Part shown: positions 9,297 to 19,638 of the stretch, piece after piece
Layout of the letters: every line of letters starts with the position of its first letter
Numbering within the stretch: position 1 is the first letter of the stretch
Source: Candidatus Anderseniibacteriota bacterium
GTDB taxonomy: Bacteria > Patescibacteriota > JAUYIX01
Assembly (NCBI GenBank): GCA_046350905.1
Contig: JAXLZN010000001.1
Span: 1,220 to 65,219 of the forward strand
Direction: 5' to 3'
Length of the DNA: 64,000 bases
Notes under the pieces: generated by a model
Told to the model about the DNA's origin: nothing
Database searches by the model: none
Seen by the model: only the letters and a program-made list of their open reading frames with translations
Translations under genes and position numbers: made by a program

Positions 9297-10061
9297 CTAG
9301 CGGCCGAGCAACGTTCGTGCCTCGGGGCTGAGGAGGTCGTCGAGCGTGCCGTACGGGATGGTCACGCGCTGCGGCCCAGCCGCGTAGGGCCCAACCTGGT
9401 ACGGGTCAAAAAAGACCGTGAGGCCGTCGTTGTCGAGGAGCCATCGCTGAAAGATCTCGGCGGTGGGAGCAGCGCCCGTTGCAACATCAGGCAGGTCAGT
9501 GTTGCTCGAGAGCCGCGCGATCGCCTGCTCTGAGAGCCGCGCGAGGTAGGCGCTCCCCGGCTTGAACACGTCTGAGAGCGCGAGCAGTGAACCGTCCGCC
9601 ACCCGAAAGCTGTAGGCTAGCGTGGTGCTGTTGGGGTGCGCGGCACCCTGCTGGAATTCGTCGACGGTGAGCGCAATCGAGAGAACGCCGCCGACCGTGG
9701 TGGCGACGTACGTGGTGCTGAGGTCGCTGCCGAGGGTGGTCGACGGTTCGGCTTGCCGGGCATCCACGACAAAGTTGTCGACCAGTGCGTTGATGTCGAC
9801 CTGCAGCAGGGCGTTGATCTGGGTAGCTGCCGTCGCACTGCCGCCCGAGATCTTTGGGTAGCGAACATCAACGCTGAACATTGGAGCGTCGTTCGATCGT
9901 TGGATGCGCGCCTCTGCAACTGTGAACGCGGTAGGGTGCGTGCTCGGCTGACGGCTGATCGCCACAACGAGCGCTACCCCCGCGATGAGTACGCCGACCG
10001 AAGCGACGCTCAGCGCGAGCGGCAAGCAGAGCTTGGTGTGGCGGTTGCGGGTGGCTGGCAC
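9297..10061 (-). CDS. DUF3298/DUF4163 (RsiV/PdaC-like) membrane-anchored protein
   Basis: TM anchor LCLPLALSVASVGVLIAGVALVV. Also YPKISGG..AATQINALL, GAAHPNSTTLAYSF and VFFDPYQVGPYAAGPQRVTIPY. Start reset to GTG 10061, 10 nt after the upstream stop. Confidence 0.6.
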   Translation of the reverse strand: MPATRNRHTKLCLPLALSVASVGVLIAGVALVVAISRQPSTHPTAFTVAEARIQRSNDAPMFSVDVRYPKISGGSATAATQINALLQVDINALVDNFVVDARQAEPSTTLGSDLSTTYVATTVGGVLSIALTVDEFQQGAAHPNSTTLAYSFRVADGSLLALSDVFKPGSAYLARLSEQAIARLSSNTDLPDVATGAAPTAEIFQRWLLDNDGLTVFFDPYQVGPYAAGPQRVTIPYGTLDDLLSPEARTLLGR

Positions 10062-10071
10062 AGCCGACGCG

Positions 10072-12606
10072 CTAGATCGCGCCCAAGATTTGGTTAGCAA
10101 CCGCTGCGCTGATGGCGCTGCCGTCGCCGATGATCGTGGCGCTGCTGATGGTGGCAGCGTGCGCCTTGAGGTAGTTGAGGATCGGCGTGGGCAGCTTGTC
10201 GGGCATGGTGAGCAGGACCGGCACGCTCTGGTCAGCTGCAAGCGTGTTAGCGATCAGGGCGGAGTAGAGCTGGCCGACGGCGAGTGAGGCCGTGCTGTAG
10301 GAGGTGGCGCCGATAACGACCGAACCGGGGAGCCCCTGGTCGGTCCCGAGCGCCACGATTACCCCGGTTGGGTTGGGGAAAAAGGCTTGCGCCAGCAGCG
10401 CGTTGGTGCTGTAGCGGTCGGTACCGGCGTACCGTGTGGTGATGCGACCCGCGCTCGATCCAGCGATCTCTACTTCGATACCCAGCGGCAGCGCATCGAG
10501 TCCGCCAACGATTACAATGTGCGTAATAGCGGGGTTTCTGTTCAAGAAGTCGCGCACGTAGGGATCGAGCGCAGAGGAGGAGCGGTGGTTGAGCAGGATC
10601 GGCTCAACCTTGCCGTCGGCGTGCTGGCCAGCTACGGCACCGACGGCGAGGTCGTCTGCAAAGCGTAGATCTTCGGTCATGTAGACCGTGTCGGTGGGCG
10701 AACCGTTCTTCTTAATGATCTCGTCTCCGATCAACGACGCAGTCTGCCGGCGGTTAACACCAGCAAAGCGCGCTAGGTTGGTGAATCCGTGCTTCTTGAG
10801 CGTTTGTTCGACCGTGGAGCTGACCGCGCGGGTGCCGCCAATGATGTAGACCTGGGCGGTCGGGCTGGCGATGACGCGCTGCAGCTCCGTGAGCGTCGCT
10901 GCATCGAGCGTCGCGGTGTCAGTCAAGAGCAGCGAGGCGCTGGTGAGGTTGACGAGCGGACCGCTGGCGAGCGAGTCGACGAGGTTGTTCTTGCGGGCGA
11001 TCGCCACAGCCTGAGCAGTGCCGGGCGTCGGGAAGCGCTGCTTGCTGATCTCAATGGCTTGGCGCTCTGGCGTGATGCCGGGGATGCGCGTAACCGTCGG
11101 TGTCGCTCCGTCATCGTTGATGATGGTGTAGGTAAAGTCTGACTGCGTCACGCTGTCGCTGTTAGCGTCCCCGAGACCGAGCAGGCTCGAGGGGTTCTGC
11201 AGGGCGAGGTGGATCGTCTCATCAGGCTCGCTGGTGGCATCGTCGAGGATCGTGACGCCGCTGAAGGAGATGGCCGTACCCGCGGCACCGTTGTACGAAC
11301 CGGCTGGTACGGTTACCGCGATGGGCGAGCTCATGGTGTAGTCCTGGTTGGCGCCTGGCGTGGCGGTAGCTGCGTCGACATCAACCACGTTGATGGTCTG
11401 CGCGCTCGGCAGGTTGCCCTTGATCAGCAGCGTCGGGAGGGTGATCGGGCTGCTCTCGGGACCAGCAGCGGTGCCTGTAGAAAACTCAACCAGGGCATTG
11501 AACCAGCCGGTGGTGTTGCCGCTGTTGATCGAGTTTGCGGGGTTGATCGGCAGGGTGATACCGGACGAGCTGTCGGTCACGGCACCGTCGCGAATATCGA
11601 GGAAGTCACCGGTAAAAGTCGAGGCGCCCTGGAACGCAACCGTTGCGGCCGTGCCGGGCGTGCTCGAGACAATGTTGAGGCGGTCGTCGTCGTCGAGACC
11701 GTCGAGCGTCAGCGCGGTCGTGATCGTACTGGTCGTGCCAGCACCAAAGGTCAGCGTGCAGTCCGTACTGTTGTCGCTCGACTCAATTTTGGTGAGCGTG
11801 GCAAACGTGGCCGAACCCAGGATGCTCTGGTTGCAGCCGTCGAGCGTGACCGTGGAGGTTCCCGCCGTAAACGTACCGTCTACTGCATCGAAGTCGCCCG
11901 CCACCGAGATCGCGTTGGCTGCAGCGGTCAAGGTGCCGTTGATGTCGAGCGTGCCGTTCGCGTCGATGGGGTTGCCGGGAGCGTAGGTGCTGCTGGTGTT
12001 GACGAGCAGCTCGATGCCCGAGGCGGTGGTGAGGGTGCCGCCCGGCACGGTGTAGATGCTGGTGATGTCGTCGGCCGAGCCGCCTGGGTCGACGCCATTG
12101 GCGGTCGCCAGGTTGGCGTTGGTGGTTGGACCAGCATCCTCGTGGCGCACGATGAGGTGGTTCTGGTAGAGGTCGATGCCGGCCAACCCGCTGGCCGCGT
12201 TGTGGCGGGTTACCGTCACGCCGTTCTCCGTCTCGTCGTCGAGGTAGAGCGTGAGTACGGCACCCGAGGCCGGGGGCGCGGTGTTGGCGTAGATTGAGTA
12301 CGCGCCGCTCCCGTTGGTGTCGTTGGTGGCGCCTGAGTCAGCTCCGTTGATCAAGAGACGAACCGTCTTGCCCGACCCGATGTTAGTGGTGCCCTCGTCG
12401 GTGTAGACCGTCCCGTCGACCCGGATACCAAACCAGTTGAACGTATTGGTGCCCTGGATTGAGTTTCCCGGGTTGATTGGTACGGTCAGCGCGCTCGAGT
12501 TGTCGGTGACGTGGCTGTCGGTGATGTCGAGGAAGTCGCCGGTAAAGGTCGAGGCACCCGTAAAGTTGAAGGTCGATTCGGTGCCCGGTGTGCTCGCCAC
12601 GAGCAC
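10072..12606 (-). CDS. C-terminal part of giant surface protein: repeat module, Calx-beta-like domain, 3x CWB2
   Basis: 844-aa ORF. Calx-beta-like stretch: QTINVVDVDAATATPGANQDY..ISFSGVTILDDATSEPDETIHLAL..FTYTIINDDG. Three CWB2 repeats follow (AVAIARKNNLVDSLASGPLV.., FAGVNRRQTASLI.., YAGTDRYSTNALLA..). Confidence 0.8.
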   Translation of the reverse strand: MLVASTPGTESTFNFTGASTFTGDFLDITDSHVTDNSSALTVPINPGNSIQGTNTFNWFGIRVDGTVYTDEGTTNIGSGKTVRLLINGADSGATNDTNGSGAYSIYANTAPPASGAVLTLYLDDETENGVTVTRHNAASGLAGIDLYQNHLIVRHEDAGPTTNANLATANGVDPGGSADDITSIYTVPGGTLTTASGIELLVNTSSTYAPGNPIDANGTLDINGTLTAAANAISVAGDFDAVDGTFTAGTSTVTLDGCNQSILGSATFATLTKIESSDNSTDCTLTFGAGTTSTITTALTLDGLDDDDRLNIVSSTPGTAATVAFQGASTFTGDFLDIRDGAVTDSSSGITLPINPANSINSGNTTGWFNALVEFSTGTAAGPESSPITLPTLLIKGNLPSAQTINVVDVDAATATPGANQDYTMSSPIAVTVPAGSYNGAAGTAISFSGVTILDDATSEPDETIHLALQNPSSLLGLGDANSDSVTQSDFTYTIINDDGATPTVTRIPGITPERQAIEISKQRFPTPGTAQAVAIARKNNLVDSLASGPLVNLTSASLLLTDTATLDAATLTELQRVIASPTAQVYIIGGTRAVSSTVEQTLKKHGFTNLARFAGVNRRQTASLIGDEIIKKNGSPTDTVYMTEDLRFADDLAVGAVAGQHADGKVEPILLNHRSSSALDPYVRDFLNRNPAITHIVIVGGLDALPLGIEVEIAGSSAGRITTRYAGTDRYSTNALLAQAFFPNPTGVIVALGTDQGLPGSVVIGATSYSTASLAVGQLYSALIANTLAADQSVPVLLTMPDKLPTPILNYLKAHAATISSATIIGDGSAISAAVANQILGAI

Positions 12607-15600
12607 GGCGGTCGTTGGCGTCGAGGCCGTCGAGGTTCAGCGAGTTGCCAATCGTGATGGTGGTGCTCGACGGAAAAGGCGTGCGGCTAGTCGCGTTGTT
12701 GGTAGTGTCTTGCTTGACCAGGTTGTAGAACGTTTGCACGCCGGCGGTCGTGAGAGCCTGGTTCGTCCCGTCCAGCGTTACCGTTGATGTTCCGGCGTTG
12801 AACGAGCCGTTGATGGTAAGGTTACCGCCCACAAAGACGTTCAAGGCTCCTGCATCGAGCGAATCGACCACGTCGAGGTTCTGATCAACGTCTAACACAT
12901 TGGAGTTGGTGCTGAGCAGTCCGTTGGTGATCATGAGGTTTGCGACGTGGAGCCCGCTACCAAGGTTGTAGGTGTCTTGCGTGGGGGCCGTATCGTCAAT
13001 CGTCAACGTGACGTAGTCGGTTCCGCCAAAGTCCTGGATGGTGATCAGGTCGGACGAACCATCGTTGTTACCGACGTATTGCCAGACCCCGCTGCTGGTG
13101 TCTTGGGTCAGTGCGACGGTTTCGAGGCCGGTGCGGCGCAGGGTGCCGTTGTTAGTGAAGGTGCCGTTGGCGGTGAGGTTTTGACCGTCGAGCGAGAGCA
13201 CTGCATTGGCAGCGAGGGTTAGGTCGTTGGCGCCGATGTTGAGGTTGGTGTTGGTGAGCGTGACCGGGTTGGTGGTGTTGGTAATAGAGACGTCCGAGCC
13301 AATCGCCGCGTTGCCGGCGTCGCAGCTCTGCGCAACCGTGCCATCAAAGGTGAGCGTGCCGGTGTGCGTCAGGGTGCCGTCGTTGTCGAGGTTGCCGGCA
13401 ACGTTGATGGCGTTGGCGCCGGCCGAAAGTGTGCCGCTGCTTGCAATGTGTAGGCTGCCGTTGATGTCGACAGCGTTCGTGGAAGAGTTGAGCTACCGTT
13501 GACCCGCAAGGTTGCACTGCTCGTCGTGCTAAGTGTTCCCGCGGCTACGTCGTAGATGCTCGTAATATCGTTAGCGCTACCACCGGGTCAGCGTTGTTAG
13601 CGGTGTCGAGGTTGGCCGTTGTGATTGGTCCAGCAGCTCCTCGTTGCGTACGACTAAGAAGTTCTGGTAGATGTCGAGGCCGGCGAGGTTGATGCTGCCG
13701 TCGTGGCGTGTAACCACCACACCGTTCTGTCGTCGTCAAGGTAGAGGGTGCGATCGAACCGGGTACGGGCACGCCGTACGTCATCGAGTACGCGCCGCTC
13801 CCGTCTGTATGGTAACCCCGGTATCGGCTCCGTTGACCAGCAGCCGGACCGTCTTACCGGCGCCGATGTTCAGTTCCTCGACCGGTGTGAACCGTGCCGC
13901 TGAACATTGGCGTCACCCCAAACCAGCCAGTTGTGTTGCCGCCATCGGTCGAGTTGGCCGGGTTGATCGGCAGGGTGATGCCGGTTTCGTCGTCACCGTG
14001 CTGTCGGTGATATCGAGGTGGTCACCGGTAAAGGTGGACGAGCCCGTAAACGTGATGGTGTTAGCGCTGGTGGGCGTGCTCGAGACGATGTTGAGCCCGG
14101 TCGTTGGCGTCGAGTCCATCGAGCGTGAGCGCGGTGTTGATCGTGATCACCGTTGCGGCGGGCATGGTGAGCGTACGGTCAGTCGCGTCGTTGGTGGTGT
14201 CTTGCTTGATGAGCGTGTGGAACGTCTGCGGCCCGCTCACGATCGCCTGATCGAGGCCGTCGAGCGTGACCGACGAGGTGCCTGCCGTAAACGTGCCAGC
14301 AAGCTGAGGTCGCCACCGACGGCCACCGTCGAGGCGCCCAGGTTGAGCGAACCAGCCGCCGCTACCAGAGCCTTGGTCAACGTCGAGGCCCTGGCTGGTG
14401 GTAGCGAAGTCCGCTCGTAACCGTGAGCGTGGTGGCGTGCAGCGGGTTGCCCAAGCTGTAGGTGTCCTGGGTGCCGGCCGTGTCGTTGATGACGAGCGTG
14501 GCGTAGTCTGGGTCACCAGGCTCGCAGATGGTCGGGTCAGAGGAGCCGTCGTTGTTACCGATGTACTCCCCGGAGTCCCGCTGCTCGTGTCTTGGGTTAG
14601 GCTGATCGTCTCGAGACCAGTGCGGCGCAGGGTGCCGTTGTTGGCAAAGGTGCCGTTGGCAGTTACGTTGCGGCCGCCGGTGGCGAGGATCCAGCGCTGG
14701 CATTGATGGTCAGGTCGTTGGCGCCGATGTCGAGTGCGTTGTCGACGAGCGTCACCGGGTTGATGGTGTTGGCGATGACAGGTCTGAGCCGATCGCGCTA
14801 CCTCCCGCGTTGCAGGTTTGGGCAATCGTGCCATCGAGGGTCAGCGTGCCGGTGTGCGTCAGGGTGCCGTCGTTGTCGAGGTTACCGGCAACGTTGATGG
14901 CGTTGGCGCCGCTGCTGAGGATACCCAGAATGTGGAGGCTGCCGTTGACATCGACGGCACCGGTTGAGAGGGTCTTACCTGAGTTGACGCGCAGGGTCGA
15001 GGTCGCGGTGGAGGTGAGTGTGCCAGCCGCCACATCGTAGATGCTCGTGATGTCGTTGCCCGAACCACCTGGGTCAGCGTTGTTGGCGGTGTCGAGGTTG
15101 GCGGTGGTGAGCGGCCCGGCATCTTCGTGCTGTGCGACCAAGAAGTCTTGGTAGATGTCGAGGCTCGGCACCGCTACGCTGCCGTCGAAGCGCGTAACCG
15201 TTACGCCGTTCTCTGCTTCATCGTCGAGGTAGAGGGTCAGCACGGCACCGCTCGCAACGATGTCGTTGTAGGTGATGCTGTACTGGCCGCTGCCGTTGGT
15301 GTCGTTGGTGGAGCCTGAGTTCGCGCCGTTGATAAGCAAACGAACGGTTTTGCCCACGCCGATGTTGGTCACACCCTCGTCGGTGTAGACCGTACCGCTG
15401 ATAGTAAAGCCAAACCAGTTGCTCGTGTTGCCGCCGTTGATGGAGTTGGCGGGGTTGAGCGGAACGGTTACCCCCGATGAGTTGTCTGTCACAGCGCTGT
15501 CGGTGACGTCGAGGAACCCGGCAGTCGTAAACGTCGAGCTCCCGGTAAAGTTGAGCGTGCTCTGCGTGGTGGGCGTACTCGAGACGATGTTGACCCGGTC

Positions 15601-17250
15601 GTTGGCGTCGAGTCCGTCGAGCGTGAGCGAGTTGCCGATGTCGATCGTGACGCTGGCCGGCATCGTGAGTGTGCGGTCGGTGCTGTCGTTACTGGCGTCC
15701 GACTTGGCCAGGTCGTAGAAGGTGATCGGTCCGCTCGCCGCAATGGTTTGGTTGACCCCGTCGAGCGTCACCGACGACGTGTTGGCTGCGAACGTGCCGT
15801 TGAGCGTGAGGCCTCCGCCGACCGTCACCGTCGAGGCTCCCAGGGTGAGCGAACCTGCCGCCGCATCACTCAACGCGCCATCCACGTCGAGGGTCTGGCC
15901 GGTGGTATCGAGCGGCCCGCTCGTGATAGTCAAGGTCGTGACGTGGAGCGGGCTACCCAGGCTGTAAGCGTCTTGCGTGCCCGCGGTATCGTTGATGGCG
16001 AGCGTAAAGTAGTCGGTCCCGCCAAAGTCCTGAATCGTGATCGGGTCAGACGAGCCATCGTTGTTGCCGACGTACTGCCAGACACCACTGTTGGTATCCT
16101 GGCTGATGCTGATCGTCTCGAGACCAGTGCGGCGCAGGGTGCCGTCGTTGCTAAAAGTACCGTTAGCGGTAACGTTTTTGCCGCTCGTGACCAACGTGGC
16201 ATTGGTGCCGATGGTCAAGTCGTTGGCGCCGATGTTGAGGTCGTTGTCGATCAAGCTAACCGTGCTGGCGCTGTTGGTGACGGACACGTCAGAACCGATC
16301 GCGACCGTACCTTGGTTGACCGTTTGAGCACCGCTGCCGTCAAAGGTCAGGGTGCCGGTGTGCGTGAGCGTGCCGTCGTTGTCGAGGTTGCCCGCTACGC
16401 TGATCGCGTTGGCAGCGGCGTTGAGCGTACCGAGGATGTGGAGGCTGCCGTTGTCGTCGATGGCGTTGGTCGAGAGGGTCTTGCCAGCATTGATACGCAG
16501 TGTGCTGCCGCCCACAACGCTCAACGTACCGCCCGACACATCGTAGATGCTCGTGATGTCGTTGCCCGAACCACCTGGGTCAGCGTTGTTGGCGGTGTCG
16601 AGGTTGGCGGTGGTGAGCGGCCCGGCATCTTCGTGCTGTGCGACCAAGAAGTCTTGGTAGATGTCGGCAGCTACGGTCCCGACTCCGTTGTAGCGCGTGA
16701 CCGTTACGCCGTTTTCGGTCTGGTCGTCCAGGTAGACTGTTAGAACCGCGCCGTTGGCGATTGCCGTGCCGTAGTCGATGCTGAAAGCCCCACCACCGCT
16801 CGTACTACCAGTTGCTCCCGTATCCACCCCATCGACAAGCAAACGTACCGTGCGACCAGCCCCCATGGTCGTAACACCCTCGTCGGTGTAGGCAGTTCCG
16901 CTAACGGCTGCACCAAACCAACCGACGTTGTTGCCACTGTCGATAGAGTTAGCTGGGACGAGCGGGAGCGCAACCCCGGAGGAATTGTCCGTTACGGTAC
17001 TATCCGAGACATCGAGGTAGTCACCCGTAAAGGTCGAGGAGCCCTTAAAATCGATCGAACTCGTGGCACCGGGAGTGCCCGAGACGATGTTGATGCGATC
17101 ATCGTTGTCTAAGCCATCCAGGGTCAGGGAGCTTGCGATCGTAACGGTCGCACTTGCCGTCATGCTTATTGTGGTATCCGTCGCGTCGTTGGTTGTTTCG
17201 GTCTTACTAAGGTTGTAGAACGTAACATCGCTCAAAATAATTTGAGTCAC
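11500..17250 (-). repeat. tandem coding repeat, period ~1.5 kb, about 4 copies
   Basis: The YTDEG-encoding landmark recurs near 16880, 15376, 13876 and 12394. Positions 15031-15160 are identical to 16537-16666 (130 nt, offset 1506). Confidence 0.7.
12383..14834 (-). pseudogene. central repeat copies of the giant gene, multiply frameshifted
   Basis: ORF fragments 12383..13201, 13545..13784, 13913..14119, 14061..14834 and 14377..14703 each encode pieces of the same module (NVTANGTF.NNGTLRRTGLET.., TLDGLDANDR.., DIYQ..) in different frames. Confidence 0.5.
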
Positions 17251-19119
17251 TCCGGATCCATCCAGAACAACCGTTCCATTGTTGTGGGTAAAGGTTGTGC
17301 CGCTGTTGTTGTTAAAGTTGAGGGCAACCGTCATGGTGCCGCTGGGGGCAGTAAAAGAGGCGGCTGTGTTGAGGCCAAACGAGTTGTTGACGTCAAAGGT
17401 GCTGTAGGCGCCAAAATTTTGCGTACCGCCGCTCTGGGTGTAGTTACCGTTGGTAATCAAGCCGCCAAACCCAGAAAGCACGCCAGTGCTGTCAAGCGCA
17501 AAGTGGGCAACGTTTCCTGAAGCGCCCACGGTGAGCGTGCCTGTACCGGACAAGGTGCCGTCCAGCGTGATTTGACCGCCCGTACCAGAGCCGATAGTCG
17601 GGTTGTTGCCGAGTGGGAAGGTGCAGGCGCTGCCGATAGTCTTGTTGCCGCTGGTGTGAGTGAACGTAACCAGGTTAAAGGTCGCGCTGTTGCAGCTGAG
17701 GCTGGCACCGCTCGCACCGTTAAAATTCAGCGTGCCCCCGTTGTGTACAAAGGTGCCACTAAAATTGATGGTGAAGGCACCTGCCACAGACATAGTCCCC
17801 GAAGGTGCGGTGAAGGTCCCTGCGGAGAGGGTAAAGAGGCTCGCTACCGTCATGGGGCTGTAGGCACCGAAGTTAGCAGTCGCCCCTGCCACAATTAACG
17901 AGTTCGCCGCCAGACCACCAAAACCTGAGAGGCTCGAGCCTGTGTTCATGGTAAACGTGCCGCCCGAGAAGGTCAGCGTGCCCGTACCAGAGAGCGTACC
18001 GTTAAGCGTTAAGCTGCCGCCACCACTGGAGCCAACAGTTGGGTTACTGCCCAACGGTAGGCTGCAGTCGCTGTTGACGGTCGCAGTGTTGGCAGTATGC
18101 GTAAACGTAACGAGGTTGAAGGTCGCACTGTTACACGCCAGTGCTGACGAAGTCGTCATCGTGAAGGTAAGCGTGCCCCCGTTGGCCGTAAAAGTGCCGC
18201 CGCTGATCGTCATAGCCTTGGCGATCGTCATAGTCCCCGAGGGAGCGGTAAAGGTTCCCGAGGAGAGTGTAAAGTTGTTGTTAATCGTCACCGGGCTGTA
18301 GGTGCCAAAGTTTGCGGTAGCCCCCGCAACAGTTAGTGTGCCGAAGTCCGTAAAACCACTAAAACCAGACAGGCTTGAGCCGGCGTTGAGCGTGAGGGTG
18401 TTGGCGGTACCGGACGAACCGAGCGAGAGGGTCCCGCTGCCAGAGAGCGTCCCGTTGAGGGTGATCAATCCACCGGTGGCTGTGGTCGGATTGCTACCTA
18501 AAGGAAAGCTACAGTCGCTGTTGATCGTCCGTGTACCACTCGAATGGTTAATCGTCACGGCATTAAAGCTCACGTTGTTGCAAGCGAGAGTTGCGCTACC
18601 TGTGCTTGCAATGTTGACCGTGCCGCTGTTGTGCGTAAACGTCCCACCGGTGATGGTGATGGTGCTGTTGAGGCTCATGGTGCCGGAGGGCGCCGTGAAA
18701 GTCCCCGAGGCCAAGGTGAAGGTGCCACTCACCGTCATGGGGCTGTAGCTGCCAAAGTTTGCGGTAGCACCTTGAATGTTGAGACCACTTCCACTAAACC
18801 CGCTGAACCCGGACAAGCTGGAGCCGGCGTTGAGACGCAACGTGCCGCCAGATGCAGTGAGCGTCCCACTACCTGAGAGCGTGCCGTTGAGGGTGATGCT
18901 TCCGCCGCCGCCAGACCCGATCGTGGGGGTGCTGCCAAGTGGGAAGCTACAGTCGCTCGAGACTGTTTTGGTACCACCCGTGTGGGTAAAAGTTACCAAG
19001 TTGAACGTCTTGCTATTGCAGGTTAAGGTTGGGCTAGCAAGACCGTTAAAGGTGACCGTTCCGCTGTTATGTGTAAACGTGACACCTGCGCCGAGCGTAA
19101 AGGTGCTCGAGACGGTCAA
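14752..19119 (-). CDS. N-terminal/central part of giant surface protein (1455-aa intact ORF)
   Basis: The first ~640 aa are ~146-aa Gly/Thr/Ser-rich repeats (LNAGSSLSGF..ATANFG.YSP..GTFTAPSGTM..GGTFTHNSGT..CN..FN.VTF.HT). Two full ~500-aa modules follow (..LTLDGLD.NDR.NIVS.TPG..STFTGD.LD..DS.VTDNSSG.., SGT.YTDEGVT..G.G.TVRLL..). Confidence 0.8.
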   Translation of the reverse strand: MTVSSTFTLGAGVTFTHNSGTVTFNGLASPTLTCNSKTFNLVTFTHTGGTKTVSSDCSFPLGSTPTIGSGGGGSITLNGTLSGSGTLTASGGTLRLNAGSSLSGFSGFSGSGLNIQGATANFGSYSPMTVSGTFTLASGTFTAPSGTMSLNSTITITGGTFTHNSGTVNIASTGSATLACNNVSFNAVTINHSSGTRTINSDCSFPLGSNPTTATGGLITLNGTLSGSGTLSLGSSGTANTLTLNAGSSLSGFSGFTDFGTLTVAGATANFGTYSPVTINNNFTLSSGTFTAPSGTMTIAKAMTISGGTFTANGGTLTFTMTTSSALACNSATFNLVTFTHTANTATVNSDCSLPLGSNPTVGSSGGGSLTLNGTLSGTGTLTFSGGTFTMNTGSSLSGFGGLAANSLIVAGATANFGAYSPMTVASLFTLSAGTFTAPSGTMSVAGAFTINFSGTFVHNGGTLNFNGASGASLSCNSATFNLVTFTHTSGNKTIGSACTFPLGNNPTIGSGTGGQITLDGTLSGTGTLTVGASGNVAHFALDSTGVLSGFGGLITNGNYTQSGGTQNFGAYSTFDVNNSFGLNTAASFTAPSGTMTVALNFNNNSGTTFTHNNGTVVLDGSGVTQIILSDVTFYNLSKTETTNDATDTTISMTASATVTIASSLTLDGLDNDDRINIVSGTPGATSSIDFKGSSTFTGDYLDVSDSTVTDNSSGVALPLVPANSIDSGNNVGWFGAAVSGTAYTDEGVTTMGAGRTVRLLVDGVDTGATGSTSGGGAFSIDYGTAIANGAVLTVYLDDQTENGVTVTRYNGVGTVAADIYQDFLVAQHEDAGPLTTANLDTANNADPGGSGNDITSIYDVSGGTLSVVGGSTLRINAGKTLSTNAIDDNGSLHILGTLNAAANAISVAGNLDNDGTLTHTGTLTFDGSGAQTVNQGTVAIGSDVSVTNSASTVSLIDNDLNIGANDLTIGTNATLVTSGKNVTANGTFSNDGTLRRTGLETISISQDTNSGVWQYVGNNDGSSDPITIQDFGGTDYFTLAINDTAGTQDAYSLGSPLHVTTLTITSGPLDTTGQTLDVDGALSDAAAGSLTLGASTVTVGGGLTLNGTFAANTSSVTLDGVNQTIAASGPITFYDLAKSDASNDSTDRTLTMPASVTIDIGNSLTLDGLDANDRVNIVSSTPTTQSTLNFTGSSTFTTAGFLDVTDSAVTDNSSGVTVPLNPANSINGGNTSNWFGFTISGTVYTDEGVTNIGVGKTVRLLINGANSGSTNDTNGSGQYSITYNDIVASGAVLTLYLDDEAENGVTVTRFDGSVAVPSLDIYQDFLVAQHEDAGPLTTANLDTANNADPGGSGNDITSIYDVAAGTLTSTATSTLRVNSGKTLSTGAVDVNGSLHILGILSSGANAINVAGNLDNDGTLTHTGTLTLDGTIAQTCNAGGSAIGSDLSSPTPSTR

Positions 19120-19120
19120 G
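17250..19120 (-). repeat. tandem coding repeat, period ~0.44 kb, 4-5 copies
   Basis: The landmark gccaaagtttgcggtagc and its variants recur near 18743, 18304, 17866 and 17410. The protein shows the matching ~146-aa repeat. Confidence 0.6.
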
Positions 19121-19629
19121 GTTGCAGGGGCCTTAAACGTGCCGCCTGTGTCAGCAGGAGAAGGTCCCCACTGTCGTTGAAGGTTTGGGCGTTGCCGTCA
19201 AACGTACCACCTGCTTGGCTGAAAGATGTCGTCGTCCCTACAGTTGCTTGCTGTGTGATCGTGCCGGTATAGCCGCTGCCGCCAGTGATGGAAAGAGTTG
19301 CTAAGCTGACAGCCACGTCGATGTTAGCGTTAGCAGTCGAGGTAGAATCGAAGGTGGCGGTATCTCCCACACCAGCGCCTCCTGGAATGTGGCCGGAGCA
19401 GCCCGACCGGTTACCGGCGGTGTTCCGGCTTGTTGTTGGCGCTACCGTTGGTCCAGGTGCAGCTCGCAGCAGGCAACCTGCAGCAGAGTTACGACTACGC
19501 CGACGATTACGAAGGCGGCAGCAAAGCCAGCGACAACCGGCACCAGCCGGCAGCAAGGCAGTCCTGTAGGCCTGCTACCTTTGTGGGAAGTCTCTCCGGA
19601 CATGCAATAAAAAGTGGGAGGTGCGCGCT

Positions 19630-19638
19630 AGTGTACCA
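19630..19638 (-). promoter_or_regulatory. extended -10 motif TGGTACACT upstream of giant gene
   Basis: Minus strand reads TGGTACACT about 27 nt upstream of ATG 19603. The inverted repeat TTGAC-N8-GTCAA lies just upstream at about 19646-19663. Confidence 0.3.

Larger units (their letters stand above)
10072..19603 (-). pseudogene. giant (~9.5 kb) repeat-rich CWB2-anchored surface protein locus, reading frame interrupted
   Basis: ATG 19603 gives MSGETSHKGSRPTGLPCCRLVPVVAGFAAAFVIVGVVVTLL (signal anchor). The same module types continue through ORFs 19116..19556, 14752..19119, the 12383..14834 fragments and 10072..12606. Frames break at 19.1-19.5 kb and repeatedly at 12.6-14.8 kb. Confidence 0.6.

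Noticed and set aside
11500-19120. Regular sequence periodicity that could suggest a CRISPR array or satellite.
   Set aside because: The periods are about 440 bp and 1.5 kb, not 60-75 bp. There is no short conserved repeat/spacer alternation. The repeats translate into a continuous modular protein.
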